Part shown: positions 63,494 through 64,000 of the stretch, in pieces
How positions within the stretch are numbered: the first letter of the stretch is position 1
How the letters are laid out: every line of letters starts with the position of its first letter
NCBI GenBank assembly: GCA_030726915.1
Contig: JANRCR010000018.1
Location: forward strand, 44,814 to 108,813
Direction of reading: 5' to 3'
DNA length: 64,000 bases
Source: Candidatus Nanopelagicales bacterium
Lineage (GTDB): Bacteria; Actinomycetota; Actinomycetes; S36-B12
Translations under genes and position numbers: made by a program
Notes under the pieces: generated by a model
What the model was told of the DNA's origin: nothing
Databases searched by the model: none
Seen by the model: the letters and a program-made list of their open reading frames with translations, nothing else

Positions 63494-64000
63494 CTAGCCA
63501 GCGTCGCGCACTGCACGATTGACCGCACTCACGATTGCCTTGAGGGACGATGTCGTGATGGAGGGGTCGATGCCGATTCCCCAGAGCACGCGGTCATTGA
63601 CGGCACATTCGACGTAGCTCGCCGCCGTGGCATCGCCGCCCGCCGACATCGCATGCTCGGCGTAGTCCAGGACGCGTACGTCGATGCCGTGCTGGGCCAG
63701 CGCACCGCAAAAGGCCGCGACGGGTCCGTTGCCACGTCCGGTCAGCGCCACCTCAGCACCCGCATCGAAGAGAACGACGTCGACGCTCGTGTCGCCGTCG
63801 ATGTCGGACTCCTGCTTCACCGACTTGAGCGCGAAGCGGCCCCAGGGAGCGGCGGGATCCGGCAGGTACTCCGCGGAGAAGGCGGCCCACATGTCCTCGG
63901 GTGATACCTCGCCCCCGTCCTCGTCGGTCATCCGCTGGACGACCTGGGAAAACTCGATTTGGAGTCGACGCGGGAGCTCGAGCTTGTGCTCCGTGCGCAT
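63494..64000 (-). CDS. leuA: 2-isopropylmalate synthase, C-terminal regulatory domain only (5' part beyond window)
   Basis: The frame is open to the window edge. LELPRRLQIEFSQVVQ...GNGPVAAFCGAL...YAEHAMSAGGDATAASYVEC...WGIGIDPSITTSSLKAIVSAVNRA matches the actinobacterial long-form LeuA C-terminus. Confidence 0.9.
   Translation of the reverse strand: MRTEHKLELPRRLQIEFSQVVQRMTDEDGGEVSPEDMWAAFSAEYLPDPAAPWGRFALKSVKQESDIDGDTSVDVVLFDAGAEVALTGRGNGPVAAFCGALAQHGIDVRVLDYAEHAMSAGGDATAASYVECAVNDRVLWGIGIDPSITTSSLKAIVSAVNRAVRDAG

Overview
High-GC actinobacterial (Actinomycetota) chromosomal core segment, almost entirely coding: about 58 CDS. I recognised no rRNA, tRNA, CRISPR array, transposase or integrase. 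From memory, gene order follows two Mycobacterium tuberculosis H37Rv blocks. Block 1: atpAGDC, PduO-type adenosyltransferase, murA, nucS, mce, thiolase, Trx-TPR protein, glgB-glgE, glgP. Block 2: echA17/Rv3038c-like pair, Rv3032-Rv3031-Rv3030-like methylated-glucan genes, etfBA, cysteine desulfurase, mnmA, ligA, gatCAB, ilvBNC, serA, leuA. Lineage-specific additions are a fused B12 acyl-CoA mutase overlapping nucS, a tandem-fused 3-hydroxyacyl-CoA dehydrogenase, meaB, glgX, a PQQ sugar dehydrogenase, a 2-hydroxyacid dehydrogenase and a second ilvD. Most of the window is ordinary housekeeping, and I see no defence island or prophage. The spots worth a second look are: (1) a four-gene minus-strand operon joined by GTGA overlaps (MST-type rhodanese, Gfo/Idh/MocA, 595-aa unknown, SDR), lying between two direct ilvD paralogs beside a decayed FAH gene; (2) a DUF559 gene bracketed by two 60-nt palindromic elements inside what looks like a split atpC/pduO bidirectional terminator, next to a C-rich 18/19-nt tandem repeat and a G-quadruplex motif; (3) a DUF2256/DUF3253 protein coupled to a photolyase-like protein that appears circularly permuted and keeps four Fe-S-type cysteines; (4) an Ile/Val-rich leader peptide and attenuator upstream of ilvB. 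Starts were refined where SD spacing or start/stop overlaps argued for it. All family calls come from reading motifs by eye, not from searches.
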